Shown piece after piece: positions 13,310 to 25,853 of a stretch of 64,000 nt of DNA (the stretch's first letter is position 1; each line of letters opens with the position of its first letter). This DNA comes from Harriotta raleighana (lineage: Eukaryota). The notes under the pieces are model-generated. The model saw nothing but the letters and a program-made list of their open reading frames with translations. It did no database searches and was not told the origin of the DNA. A program made the translations under genes and the position numbers. Location: contig JBNZDD010013732.1 in assembly GCA_050575255.1 (NCBI GenBank), positions 14,625,682 through 14,689,681 on the forward strand, given 5' to 3'.

Positions 13310-13672
13310 TGAACTTCCAAGTCATGGCTGACACTCCAATGCTGTGTTGTGTCTATGCTACATTTTTGGAGGTGTCGTCCTTCAGAGTAATAATTCATAA
13401 TTGCTATTATTAAACCAAGGTCCCATCTGCCTGTTCAGATGGATGTTAAAGATCCCACATCACTATTTGTAACAAGAAGGGAGTTGTTCACAGTGTTCTA
13501 CCCAACAATTCCCCTAAATACAAATGATCATTTACTTCATTGCTGTTTGTGGGACATGGCTGAGAGCAATTGGCCGTTACAATCATCTAACTCCAGTAAA
13601 TCAAGTGAAACACTTTAAGGCTTCCTTCCGACATGAAAGGCATTATTTCCAATGCAAGGATTATTATTATTC
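13310..13672 (+). mobile_element. Old Deu-type SINE
   Basis: gctgacactccaatg...ttaaaccaaggtcccatctgcctgttcagatggatgttaaagatccca...gctgtttgtgggac...caaggattattatta. Confidence 0.75.
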
Positions 13673-14374
13673 CTCTGATTGTGATGTCATTCTATCTCTC
13701 ACTATCCTGAATGCTCTCTGAAGGATTGAATTAAATTTTGGTGAATACTACAGACTAATGAATAATGCAGATAGAGGACCATTAATCTGCGCTTCACTCT
13801 TAGTTCTGGCATTTTGATTTTTTTTTTCCTTTTCAGACAACTGCTCTTTACTATATAGTGCAGCTATTTTTGTTCCATTTCTAACCCTTTCTTTGCTCTG
13901 GTTTCTCTCATCTGTTGGATGAGGTGGAGATTTAAATGCAAATGGTCCCATATTATGGGAAATTTAAACACTACAAGAATGAACGTGACACCAGCCACAG
14001 GGAGAGAAGAAGTTTTTAGATTATTTTGGGACCACTAAAACTAAGATTCTGAGCTAGAGAGTTTACTTTTTTTCACTGACCTAGAAATGCCTTTAACTTA
14101 TGTTTCTATGTCAATGAATAAATTACAGCTCAAATGGCATTGGATTACGGAAAATTAGCTTGGCATACATTATTTTCTCTAACTTGCCCTTTGTCTACTC
14201 CATGCCAGCTCAGGTGCCAAGCCAGCCTTAAGTGCCACCCTCTTAATGTGAAGGGCATTGTATAAATGTAAATTTGTATCATATCCATATTTGACTGCCT
14301 GGCTCAGTTGCTATGAATTAAGAGAAGAGGCAGCAGTTTTTAGAGCTCTGCCAGAACTCTTTAACAATTCTTTA

Positions 14375-14590
14375 TTTGTGGTTCAGCTGGGAGCACTCTC
14401 ATCTCAAAGTCAGAATATTGTGGGTTCCAGCCGCCTTTTGGGATTTTGAGCTGGCAGATCTTGCTGACATAAATACAATGCTGGGGAAAGTGGCCTTAGC
14501 AGAAATGTGTTCCTTTGGATAGGATATTAAACCAAGGACCTGTCAGCCAGTTCAGGTGGACGTTAACAATCTCTTGGCATTATTAGAAAA
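14375..14590 (+). mobile_element. Old Deu-type SINE 5' fragment
   Basis: gtcagaatattgtgggttccagcc...ttaaaccaagg...ttcaggtggacgttaa. Confidence 0.6.
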
Positions 14591-16304
14591 TACAGATCCA
14601 GAGCACTTTTGAAATTCACTTTTCTGAAATGTTTATTCTTAGAACCTGCTTCATCAACTCATTGTACTATTTTTTATATTACCATACTGCATTGCAGGAC
14701 TGCAAACCATAAATTAGTGCTTTGCAGCAATCTGTATTGTCAACATAAACCAACTACAAAGGCTTTGGAGAGGACTTGAACTGTAACATATAATCTGATA
14801 CATCTCCTGACTGTTATGCTGTACAGTATATGTAAAAGGTAAAGAAATATTGGAGTGGAACTGTACTCTTCTTACCAGATGTGGATTTTGATCTGTATGC
14901 ACGAGACAAAATCCCGACATAGTATGTAACTCATGTATATTAATACTGATGCCTTTTTTTCACCATCACCATTTTGGTACATAAACACTCTTGCAACTGA
15001 TATCCATGCAAGCACTGGCAATGATTATGGCTTTGCTGTGAATGAACTCTAATGTGGATTGTACTGAAATGGACAGCAGATTTTAGCAAATATCTGCACC
15101 ATAATCACATATTGCACTTTGGCTGAAATGTTGAGCTGGATGACAATACTGCAGTCCATTAGATTCCTAGAAAAAGAATCATTTTGTGTTTATTGTGATA
15201 ATTATATGCTGTGACATACAGGATCCTAATGATGTTGTGGTTGCTTTCTCCTTTTGATCTCATATCTTTAGTTAGTTCATCCTTGGAGCATAAATCACAC
15301 TGTTTGGAAAATTGCATTAAAAAATGCCTCTGACTAGCTGTACATTTTGCAGTCTGTTTTGCATAAAGCAAGATGTCTTGCATTATATAGTGAATTTTGA
15401 GTGTTATTTTGTTTGACCCTTTGCTCCTTTGTCATCCAAATATGCATGTTTTCAAACAGTGCTTACTGAACAGATATTATAATATTTCTTGAATTTTGAT
15501 TTTGATATAGCGCCTTATCACGTCTTTGAGGCATCTCAAAGCACTTCACAGAATAAACTGTAACATGAATTTACTGTATTTTGTGGGCAAAATTACAGTT
15601 GAGTTTGCATAATATTAAATCGACGTATTATAATCCACATAATATATTATCCTTCCATTTGATATGGCCTTGTTACTTATATTTTGTGGACGAATGTATA
15701 ATAGAACCATGGCTGAGATATTTCTACTCCCCACTGAGGTGCATTGAGGCCAATTGTCACATCCCCCTTCTACCCTGACTACTCTTGCATAAATTAAGGT
15801 TTGAATATTTTTCTTTGTTCCTTAACCCTTAATTAGTGCATTTGCGAACTGACCATTACTTTTGCCATAATAAAAATTCACTAACATTTAATTTGATTTC
15901 CCCCATCTCCCACTTCCTGAATTAAATGCACAGATAAATTTCTGTCACTGGGAAATAAATGCTTCTTTAACTAAAAATTCCAACATTAAGCCTGATCTGG
16001 TCTGTTATTTTTATATAATAAAAGCATCTTTTTAAAAAGTATTTACACAAGAATATTTCTTACAGCTTCTCACTATAAGGTCATGACATTAGTTTGAGAT
16101 TTGTTTTGCACAACTGCAAATGTTGAAACTTGCACATTTGAAATTGCTCACCCACAAAACACACAGTCACTATACTTTGAGTATCCTGTGAAGCGCTTTG
16201 AGAAGTCCTCCTGACATGAAAGATGCTAAAATTAATTCTAAGGGTTATTATTGCTGCTAGAACATCTAAGTCTGATTAAACGTGTTCAAACCTGGTTTAA
16301 ATCA

Positions 16305-16362
16305 GCGCCTTGGGACATCCTCCTGATGTGAAAGGTGCTATACAAGTGTCATTTTGTTGTTG
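16305..16362 (+). mobile_element. L2 3' tail fragment
   Basis: agcgccttgggacatcctcctgatgtgaaaggtgctatac...ttttgttgttg. Confidence 0.75.
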
Positions 16363-16963
16363 AATGGGAAATAGCTGGCAACTCTTTTTTGTGAAAGACT
16401 TTCCTTGCATTTAATAAGCTTATGGCTTTAACAGCTGCCTTGATTTTGTTAATTACGACCCATTTATTCAGATAATGACAGTAGCTTCAAGGCTGATCTG
16501 GAAACTGTTTCTGTAGGACAAACACTAAGAGGCCTTCAGAGAAGCGAGCATCCTTTGATCACAATACAGAATTTGTGCTTTGCTTGCTTATTAATGTGCA
16601 TGCAGTCCTGACATTAAATTATTGACTGGATGGAAGGTCTTGATGACCTCTTTGTATTGAAGAATTATTGCAGTTGTGTGTTTTGGTTGTGAGTTAAAAA
16701 TCTTCACCTGTTTCACTACACTGGCTCCAGGGGTGGATTGTGGAACTGCCATTTTTTTTCTCTCTCTCATCAATGTGAAAAAACGTGTTCTCACATGAAA
16801 AACAATGTATATATTTGTGAAGATTTTGCTTAAAAGTGAACTCAAAGTGGTTTTCTATGGTTACTGGGAATGTTTGATTTCTACTGTGAGTTTTTCCTGC
16901 TCTGCTACCCCAACCCCTCCCTTTGCCATTTTTCCCCCCCTTTGTCCCCTAACCCCACTTCCA

Positions 16964-17157
16964 TGACTGTTTGTGGGACACTGCTGTGCGCAATTTGGAT
17001 GCCGCGTTTCGCCCACAAATATGCAATCAATTTTCCTACTTTCCTTCCCCCGATCCTTCCACCCCTGCTCTGATCCCTACTTGACTGTTCAGTGCCTTGG
17101 GATGTCCTCCCGACGTGAAAGGCACTATATAAATGTAATTATTGATTGATTGATTGA
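16964..17157 (+). mobile_element. Deu-core SINE variant with L2-type 3' end and (GATT)n tail
   Basis: Deu core tgtttgtgggacactgctgtgcgcaattt, then C-rich linker, then gtgccttgggatgtcctcccgacgtgaaaggc...ttgattgattga; second copy at 58140. Confidence 0.8.
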
Positions 17158-17387
17158 GTTTCCAAATGAGATGTGCAGCGCATTTCTTTTGGAAGCCTAT
17201 TGAAACCTCTTTTAAAATCTCAGGGGGGTTTGACAGTTATATTGAAAATCCTTCTCAGAGGGCACTATAGGGAAACCATATTGATATTAACCAGTGTTAT
17301 TGGTCATCATTGACACAGTCAGAGTTTGCAACATCTGCGATGGATCAAGAGACAGAGACAAAGAGCAAGTGAAAGTAACTCTATGTA

Positions 17388-17695
17388 AACTTGGGCAAGT
17401 TCCCTTACTCCACATGTCTAATAATAATCCATCCCAAAAAAAATGCAATAATAAAATTTGGTCATTTTTAATCCACAACTGTTTGTGGAACACTGCAGTG
17501 TGCAATTAGCTGCCGCATTTCGCCCACAAATATACAGTCAATTTACTTTACAATATATTCTATGGTAGAATATATATATATAAGGTATATATATATGGTA
17601 TATTCTACTGTCAATTCACTCATATTCTATAAAGCTCTTGTCGATAAAATGTGAAAAGCGATATATCAAATGCAAGGAGTATTATTATTATTATA
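17388..17695 (+). mobile_element. Young Deu-type SINE lacking the tRNA head
   Basis: aacttgggcaagttcccttactccacatg...Deu core...gcaaggagtattattattatta. Confidence 0.85.
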
Positions 17696-18089
17696 TAATA
17701 TAAGGTTTAAGACTGACATCCTTAGTGATATAGATGCTTTTTAGTCTGTTCTACTATTATTAAACTCGGGATGAATCCACTTATTGTGTCTAGACAGTAA
17801 ACACAAAATAAAAATATTCTTGCAGATAATATGTTGGCTGAAATGATTTGCTTTCTCTCAGGAGGGGAGTGGTGGGTAAGAGGAGTGAATGAGACTTTTG
17901 CATCAATTCAATTTGGATCAACTCTTATTTTTAAATGCCAAACAGGATTTTCCTTTCAAATACAGTACTGCAGCAAATACTTCTGTTGGTACTGTACTGT
18001 TGTTTGATCAGTCAGGCCAGTTTGAAGCCATACAATGGTGCAACTATGCTGCTGTGTTGTTTTTCCATAGACAATCAAGCCAAGGGGGG

Positions 18090-18720
18090 CGGGGAGAAAA
18101 TACGACGCTGGAATTGTCACAAGCTATTAAAAGGGCAAACAGGATCCTTTGCTTTATACACAGAGGAATTGAATACAATGCAAGAAGATCATGTTGAATG
18201 CATTTAGGGTATTGGTTTGACCACATCAAGAGCATTGAATGTAGATTTGGACATCCAGTTACAGAAAAAATATCAGAGCATGGCCAAGGTGCAACATAGT
18301 TTCCCTAGGGTGATACCAGAGATGGGATTTAGATGGTTATGATGAGTTTAAAATAAACAGAGGTGTATTCACTGAAGCAAAGCATTCCAGGCTCATGAAA
18401 GAGTTTGAGAGAATAAATAGGGAAGGATTATTTCCATTTGTTGCGACATTGGCAGAGAATTGGGGATCAAGATTATTATTGAATGTGTAATAGGGGAAAT
18501 TAGAGGAACCGTACTTATAAAACATGTTATTGGATGTGGAAGTACAGTAGTTATCACAATTAGCTATTGAAGCTGAGGCAATTGCAACAATTTAAAAGGC
18601 AATCCAAAATCAGATTATTAAAGAGTTTAGGGAAAGGGCATGGAAACTAGACAGCTCCAAATGGAGTTAGCAAAGCTCAAGCACAATAAACTAAATGGCA
18701 TTCTGCACTGAAATTTCTGA
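18090..18720 (+). mobile_element. Degenerate CR1 ORF2 3' end and UTR
   Basis: ORF track reads AIKRANRILCFIHRGIEY, matching AIKKAYGILGFINRGIEY of the younger CR1; decayed 3' end follows. Confidence 0.75.
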
Positions 18721-20192
18721 TATTTACAATTCCTCACATAGATTACTACTTTAATCACTTTTTAAAAATGAAATATTGCATTATTGTATTGAATTTTTGG
18801 TTCTATGTTTATTGACCCTCAGGTATCTAATTGATCTATAATACTTAATGACTAGGTCAGATGTAGCATACCCAGGTTTGGAATCTTTTTATTATTATTT
18901 GTTATTGAGCATTTCATCTCTGGAACCAAATTAAGCGTTGTTATCAAGCCATTTGCGCAGAGAATAACTAAGTACAATAGGAATTGTCCATTTTGATTTA
19001 CATTTTATATTTTCATGCTTCAAATGAATACACTCAGTGTGAAAAGATTGACAGCATTGCACATTTTCTGACAGCTGTTCTGTTCCTTTATGGTTCATTA
19101 TTTGCATAGCCAACAGCATTTAAGGCATCAACTGGTCAAAAAAAGACACCATTTTGTAAATTGTCAAAATTATGTAATATTTATAGGCTTTCCGATTTGA
19201 ACTGAGCTTCTAACACTGAATATTGTTTTTTGCTTTTAAATGCATTTAATTGAACAGATTAGCAGGTACAAGATGACGTGCAAATGAAAGACTCTGAAGC
19301 AAGAACTGTGGTATGTTCCTACAAATAGCCTACAACCTTACCAGAGTAAATCTGGACATTTTTCATATGTCATTGTAACAATGAGTAGATTTTAGAAAAA
19401 CAGGTGAGGTTTTACACACTGACTCATTTGCAAGAACCCTTCTTGTTTCATCAGCAAAACACGCTTTTTTTTAGGAGAAATTAATATAAGCATTGTCGGC
19501 CATAGAATAGTAGTAACACTACTGTCATTGCTGTCATTGATCAGCCAAATAAAAGGGTAGTGTTTGGGTTTTTTCAACAAAAAAAAATCTTTTATCCAAC
19601 AGACCACAATGTTGAATGCCACTGACTATATGCAGAATTTGCACCCACCTGTAGCCTGACCATCATTTCCTATTCACCACATGCTTCACTGTTGGGATGA
19701 AATAGCCTTTCTATTTTTAACTAACTGAGCCAAGGCATCTGTCACTGCAACTGACCTGGAGCCTAGAAAGAAGCAGGATCAATTGCATTGGGAATTCTCT
19801 CTCTTTATTTGAACAGTTATGAACCAAAATAAAATTTATAATGGACACTTGAAATTTTGTGAGTTATTAGTGCCTTTGGAAAAAAGCCTTCTCAAATTGA
19901 TGTTAAAGATTCAATAGTGTTATTCAAAAATAGAAGGCAGTTTCTCCTCGTGTCCAGCAATCCCCCAAATAAAAAATTTCATTTTTGAAAACTGAGGCAC
20001 TGTAATAATATTTTTTTTAAATGATCTATTTCATAATATTTAAAGGCATTGTGCTAAAATGGTTTTCTGAATTGATTTAGAAAACTGAAGAAGTGTATTA
20101 GAAAAGGGCAGCTCCTCATCACAAAATGACTGCTCAATGTAAAGTGCACAGAATGATTTCTATACATTAGGTTAGCTTCTGTTCTTTCAACT

Positions 20193-20560
20193 TGACTCAG
20201 TAGGTGGCACTCCTGTCCCTGGGTCAGAAGGATATGGCAGCAAGCCTTACACTGATACTTGTGCTCATAATCCAGGCTGGCACTCCAGTACAGCGCTGGG
20301 GAGTGTTATATTATTAGAGGTGCTGTACCTCGGATGAGTTGTTAAAATTATGGTTCTGCCTGCTCATCTTTCCTATGACTATATTCAAAAAGAGACGAGA
20401 ATTTCTCCTGTCCTGGCCAACAATAATTCTTGAGATCAATTCATCTCATGCTTATTTGTGCAATCTTGCTGGAACCATTGATTGTCATAATTGACTTTAG
20501 CAGACTCTACACTTTGCAAAAATTACTAGAAAGTTCTTTGAGATGCTTCAACATGGGGCT
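20193..20560 (+). mobile_element. Old Deu-type SINE
   Basis: gactcagtaggtggcactcc...gtcagaagg...taatccaggctggcactccagtacagcgctggggagtg...cctggccaaca. Confidence 0.7.
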
Positions 20561-21319
20561 ATAAAACGGGGCTATAAAACTGCTAGATGTTCCTTTTTAG
20601 TGGTTTTCCACCACGACTGACCTTCTACATTGTGTTGGTATAGTTTACCATAGTTTCTCCTCACCATGCTGGCTAGTTCAGATCTGCGAATATTTTTCTG
20701 TGACACTGTTTATCTTGCACAATTTTCATGGTGTTCACTGTGAAATGTATGGATATATTGGGTATGAACCAGCGTTCTATCAATGTAGGTTGCGTTCTCT
20801 CATTGGACAGCCCAGGAGCTTTCAAACGACATGCTTTAATCAAAAATTAAAGTGTAATTTTCTCTCTGAGTTCCTTAACAACCAACCCATCAATTCAGAG
20901 TTCTGCACATTGAGCGAAAAGCCTTTCAGATGCGTTTTACCTAAAATAAATCTCCCTCAACAGCAAGTCGAATCTGAACTACAGCCTCTGAACTATACCA
21001 GGGATATATTTTACCCTGGGATGATATAGGATGCCGATCTGTTGCGCAAATATTTGTAAAATATTTTCAAAAGATGTTGCCAAAAGTAATAAGGTCATAG
21101 TAAATTTGTAATTAAAATAATAATCCTTACATTTGATACAGTAACTTGCACATTGAGAGGACATTTCAAAGTGCTTCACAGCATACATTGCAAAATGTAA
21201 TTACTGAATATTTACTGGGCAGTACATTGTCCCATGAACAGCCATGAAATGAATGACCAATTTTATTAGGGAGTTTGTTGGTCAGCACACCAGAAGAATC
21301 CCTTTTCTCCTTTTAAGCA

Positions 21320-21497
21320 ATTTGGTCACTCAATCCACAACTGTTTCTGGGAAACTGCTGTGTGCAATTGCCTGTCTTGTGTCACTTACAAAATATACAG
21401 GTCAATTCACTTTACAGTATATTTTGTGAAGCCCTTTGAGATGTCTCGGATATGTGATAAAGCTCTATATCAAATGCAAAGATTAATATTATTATTA
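21320..21497 (+). mobile_element. Young Deu-type SINE 3' half
   Basis: ttggtcactcaatccacaactgtttctggg...ctatatcaaatgcaaagattaatattattatt. Confidence 0.8.
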
Positions 21498-21690
21498 AGT
21501 AATGGTGTGAGATTTTAAACCAGCACCTGAACAGGCAAACGATACCTCCGACAATGCAATACGCCTCCAGCACTGCTTTGGAATGTCAGCAGAAACTATA
21601 TGAATTCTAAGTCCCAACGTGGGGCTTCAACCCACAACTTTGTGACTCAGAGGCGGGTTTGTTATCAACTAACTAATCAGCCTGACACCC
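21498..21690 (-). mobile_element. Old Deu-type SINE 5' part
   Basis: cacctgaacaggc...cttcaacccacaactttgtgactcagaggcgg is the reverse complement of the old SINE head. Confidence 0.65.
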
Positions 21691-22366
21691 AGTAAGTAAA
21701 ACAAAGCATAGTTCTGAATAATATAAACTTACATATTGAATCTTAAATATCCTCTGCCTCTTATGAAGCAACATTTCGAAATCGCTAACTCCCCACTCTC
21801 AGCGGCACCCACTTCTCACAGACCTTGCTGGCCTTCAGTCCCCAGGGCTTATTCATTATCTTTTGTTCACAGTATTGAAATAATTATAATTCTAGTACTA
21901 GCATTGACTGATATTTTTCAGCACTGAAAAAAGCCAGCATCGAAAAATGCCACCAAATGATTCTATTGGAATTATAATTACACCTAGCCAGATATTCACC
22001 AGACTGAATCTTGGTATTGATGGAAAAATAAGCATGTTATTGACATTTTACTAAACCATGTAATGTTGCAATCTCTGGTATGGTACGGTGATACTTTTAT
22101 ATACAAATAGTGGGTAGTGATAATTGCGAGTTGCAAACGAGAAATTCCTTCAGTTTGTTTTTTAATTTACACTTTGCTTCTGTCAGAGCAGCTATTTATA
22201 GGAGAGTCTCTTGCACAACTCAGTTTTGTTTCAGGTACGCTTGGTTCCTGGAACAGCCACAGGCATCATGCTCTAAAATTCAAGCTTCTAAGCTGCCACA
22301 TTGTCTGACTATGGCAACTTCTTTTCTATCGATTTTGAACCTTTTTGTTGATAATTGAGAGAAGAA

Positions 22367-23431
22367 TAATCATACTGTATTCGACTACAAAATAGACACA
22401 CATAGGAGAAATGTTTTCATACATTGAGTTGTTGAGATGTGGAATGCCCTGCGAAGTAAGTCAGTAGAAGCAGAATATTTTGTGTTTTTTAACAGTGAAA
22501 TGAATGGGCATATGAGAGTTAGAGGCTTGAAGGGGCAAGGGGATGTGGGAAGGGAATATACCTGCAGTAAATCCTGTGAATCACATCCACCTGACATGAG
22601 AAGCTATGCAAGTATAATTTTGTTGTTGTTGTTGAGTTACTTTGAGACGTCCTCCCGACTCGAAAGGCGCTATATCAAACGCAGTGTTATTGTGCAGACT
22701 CAGTCTGATGAACATCATTATCTGCCCACATAAGAGAGCAGTTGCCAACCTAACATTTCATAAGCAGTTATTCTCAGCAGTTTGTTATGGTGGAAAAGAT
22801 ACAAAATGTTCTGTACAATATTTATTGCAGCAGTGTAAGAACAGTCTACAGTATAAAAATAATTTGACAAAACAGTTTTTTTTACAATAAAATGTGATTA
22901 TATATGTTTTTAAAAGACCACTTGATCTGTTTGGTTTCAGGGAGTGGTTTGCTTTTCAATTAATGGGACAAACAGTTATTTTTACTTGGAACATTTTGCG
23001 CATTGGTAAACAATATGTCCATTTGGATTTTGATAGCCCCAAGTGCGTCATTGCATTATCATTTGCATAATATGATTGGTGGAGCAGTGAGCATTTCTGT
23101 TTGAATTGCATGCCGTGTTACAAACTGTAATGATGTGCCTCTGTGCCGAGGCTGGGAAAATCCCTAAGGGAAGAAAGAGAAGAAAATCGCAAGGCAATAG
23201 ATGAGGCCAACCTGCATCTTACACTGTCCAGAATTAGGTAAACCGAGTGTGTCCTTTGGGGGTGGGGGTGGGAGAGCGTGTGTATTCCATTTCACACACG
23301 GGGAAATTTCCATGCATAGGTATTCTGCTTCTACTGACTTACTTCGCAGGGCATTCCACATCTCAACAACTCAATGTATGAAAACATTTCTCCTATGTGT
23401 GTCTATTTTGTAGTCGAATACAGTATGATTA
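22367..23431. repeat. Perfect 111-bp inverted repeat (22367-22477 / 23321-23431)
   Basis: Arms are exact reverse complements; the ORF track shows the same peptide YSASTDLLRRAFHISTTQCMKTFLLCVSIL on opposite strands. Confidence 0.95.
22402..22560 (+). mobile_element. Degenerate CR1 3' fragment
   Basis: aggagaaatgttttcatacattgagttgttgagatgtggaatgccctg...ttttaacagtgaaatgaatgggcatatg...ttgaagggg. Confidence 0.65.
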
Positions 23432-23554
23432 GACTGGTCTGGACACACTTAAGCATGGTGTTGGTTTTCTACATGTGTCAGACACCCAGCCAACTAAACC
23501 AAAATTCTGTAAATGATTCAGATTTAGTAATGGTCAGTGGTTGAAAGGAAACAA

Positions 23555-23940
23555 CTTGCATTTTCATGGTACCTGACAATGCATAATTATTTAAAACCGT
23601 AGAGATTTTTTGTTTCTTTGTAGGCAAACATGGCAGGTGTTTGTCAAAGTCCTACAAACAGCTGTAAAGCAAATGACCAATGTATCTGGAAGATTGTAAG
23701 CTCCCTTCTGTTTTTGAATGGTGTTGAATTGTGGGAACAGTCAATTGGGATCCTGGTTTAACATGCCATCCAAAAGATGGCATCTTTGAACATGATTTCC
23801 TCTGCACCCCTCCCCTCCACCCCCCATACACCCTTGACTGCGCAGTGTCAGTTTTGTCCAGTACTGAACCTATATCCTTCAGAGCTAAAAGCGAGTTGTG
23901 AACACCTGAACCAGGGAAATGATTACTACTCTCAACCCAT
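23555..23940 (-). mobile_element. Old Deu-type SINE
   Basis: cttgcattttcatgg...cctacaaacagc...ggtttaacatgccatccaaaagatggcatc. Confidence 0.55.
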
Positions 23941-25269
23941 TTGATAAGTGATTTGAGGAGATAACAACAGAAAGGAAGTAATTCAAATGGGTTTGCACTC
24001 CCTTCTCCCTCACACCCACTCACAGAGCAGAACCTGCAGTTTGTTAAAGAGCAATGATAGACCGCATTGAGTACGGTCAATATGGACAGTCAGGCAAAGG
24101 AAGGATATATTACATGCTGTAAAAAGTCTTTAACAAACAGCTTTCCTTTATTAACTACTTGGACCAATAAAATGTTTATGTGGAAAAATACACTAATTTG
24201 AGAGCTTTTTAAATTGGATCTAAAATAAAAACAGATGTGAACTGGATCTGCAAACAGTAGCCATGGTATTCAATATCACTCATTTTATATATTTCATAAT
24301 CCCTCAAATGCCTTTTCATAATCCCTCAAATATCTTATTCTACAGATGGGCAATTTGCAGTACACAGAGCAACCTTGTTTCAGATAATCTTAATCCCAAT
24401 TCTTCACTTTGATTACAACAACAAATTACATTTATATAGCGCCTTTCATTTCGGAAAAGTTCCCAATCTTACTGCTGTCCAGGCTCACAATGGGGATCAA
24501 TGTGATTTATATTTTTTTTAAAGTTTTCTTGACCGGGGAGTGAGATAACATAGAGGCATGTATCGATTTCCAGTGGTAGTGCTTGGATTACACAGTTATA
24601 TTTATGAGGACCAAGGCACAAATACATTGTAGCAAAGGATAATCCTGCCCAAATTTACATTATCACAAACATCCACTGACTTTTATGATGGGATTTGGCC
24701 ATGGTGCCATAAATGTGCTGGTGGTCATGTCGTTTGGTCCATCATGTTTGTCCTGGTGTGAGGTACCCTGCTGGTCCCAATGGTTCTTATCTCGATAGTC
24801 TGAGTAGCTTTCTATGGCAAAGAGTTACTGGATTATGGAATGATTCCATGGTAAACTCGGTCAAAACCTAAACTTTCTTCATTAGCTCAAACGGTAATTT
24901 ATGATTTAGGAATGGACAGGATTGTAAAGCTTTCAGAGATGTGCTTATTATACTCATGACATGTGGACAAAATTGACTATGAAGCTGGATTTCAGTTTTA
25001 TACAGAAGGGACACACGTACAGCATTGATGTGTAAGGATATGTCGCGGACAGCGATCCAGCAAGATAAATACAGTTAACCCTCGCTGAACGTGGGGGAAA
25101 CTGGAAAACTACGCACTCAGTAAAATCGCGTTCGGCAAGCTTAACAAGTATGGGAAAAGTGGAATTAGGGGAATCCAGCCAAAGGCTATCCACCTCAAGC
25201 CTCCAGGCACATCCACACCTGACCAATGCAAGGTACGTACAGAGTGGGCTACAACCGGCTGGCCCTCTA

Positions 25270-25590
25270 TCCCCGCTCTCCCTGCTCTCATCACTCTGCC
25301 TGCTCTCCCCGCTCTCCCTGCTCTCATCGCTCTGCCTGCTCTCCCCACTCTTGTCACTCCTCGCTCTCCCTGCTCGCCCCACTCCATCGCTCTCCCTGCT
25401 CTCGTCGCTCTCCCTGCTCTCGTCGCTCTCCCTGCTCTCGTCGCTCTCCCTGCTCTCGTCGCTCTCCCTGCTCACGTCGCTCTCCCCGCTCTCCCTGCTC
25501 ACGTCGCTCTCCCCGCTCTTCCTGCTCACGTCGCTCTCCCTGCTCACGTCGCTCCCCCTGCTCTCCCCGCTCTCGTCGCTTGTCACTCTC
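25270..25590. repeat. GC-rich 9/18-bp tandem repeat
   Basis: Units ctccctgct / ctcgtcgct / ctccccgct; minus strand reads (SDESRE)n. Confidence 0.95.
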
Positions 25591-25795
25591 CCCACTCTCA
25601 TAACAGTCCGAGGCTGAGGAATCATCAGCCTCAAACTCCATTGAAGTGCATGCTTGGGGAGAGGCAGAAGTGGATGGCTGAGAAGATGCAGCAGCAGATA
25701 AGTTTTCAGTGGAAACAAACTGACAGGTTAGAAGAAGGAAGTGATTTTCCATTGTTTTGCCTTCCACCAAAAGTTTTTCATGAGCTCCTTGTAAG

Positions 25796-25853
25796 AACAA
25801 CAACTTTGATTTATATAGCGCTGACCACACCGGACGGTATCTCAGAGTGCTTG
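25796..25853 (-). mobile_element. Short L2/SINE-type 3' tail inserted in the transposase remnant
   Basis: Minus strand caagcactctgagatacc...agcgctatataaatcaaagttgttgtt, flanked by aag on both sides. Confidence 0.7.

Noticed and set aside
25270-25590. CRISPR-like array
   Set aside because: No unique spacers, no cas genes, vertebrate context
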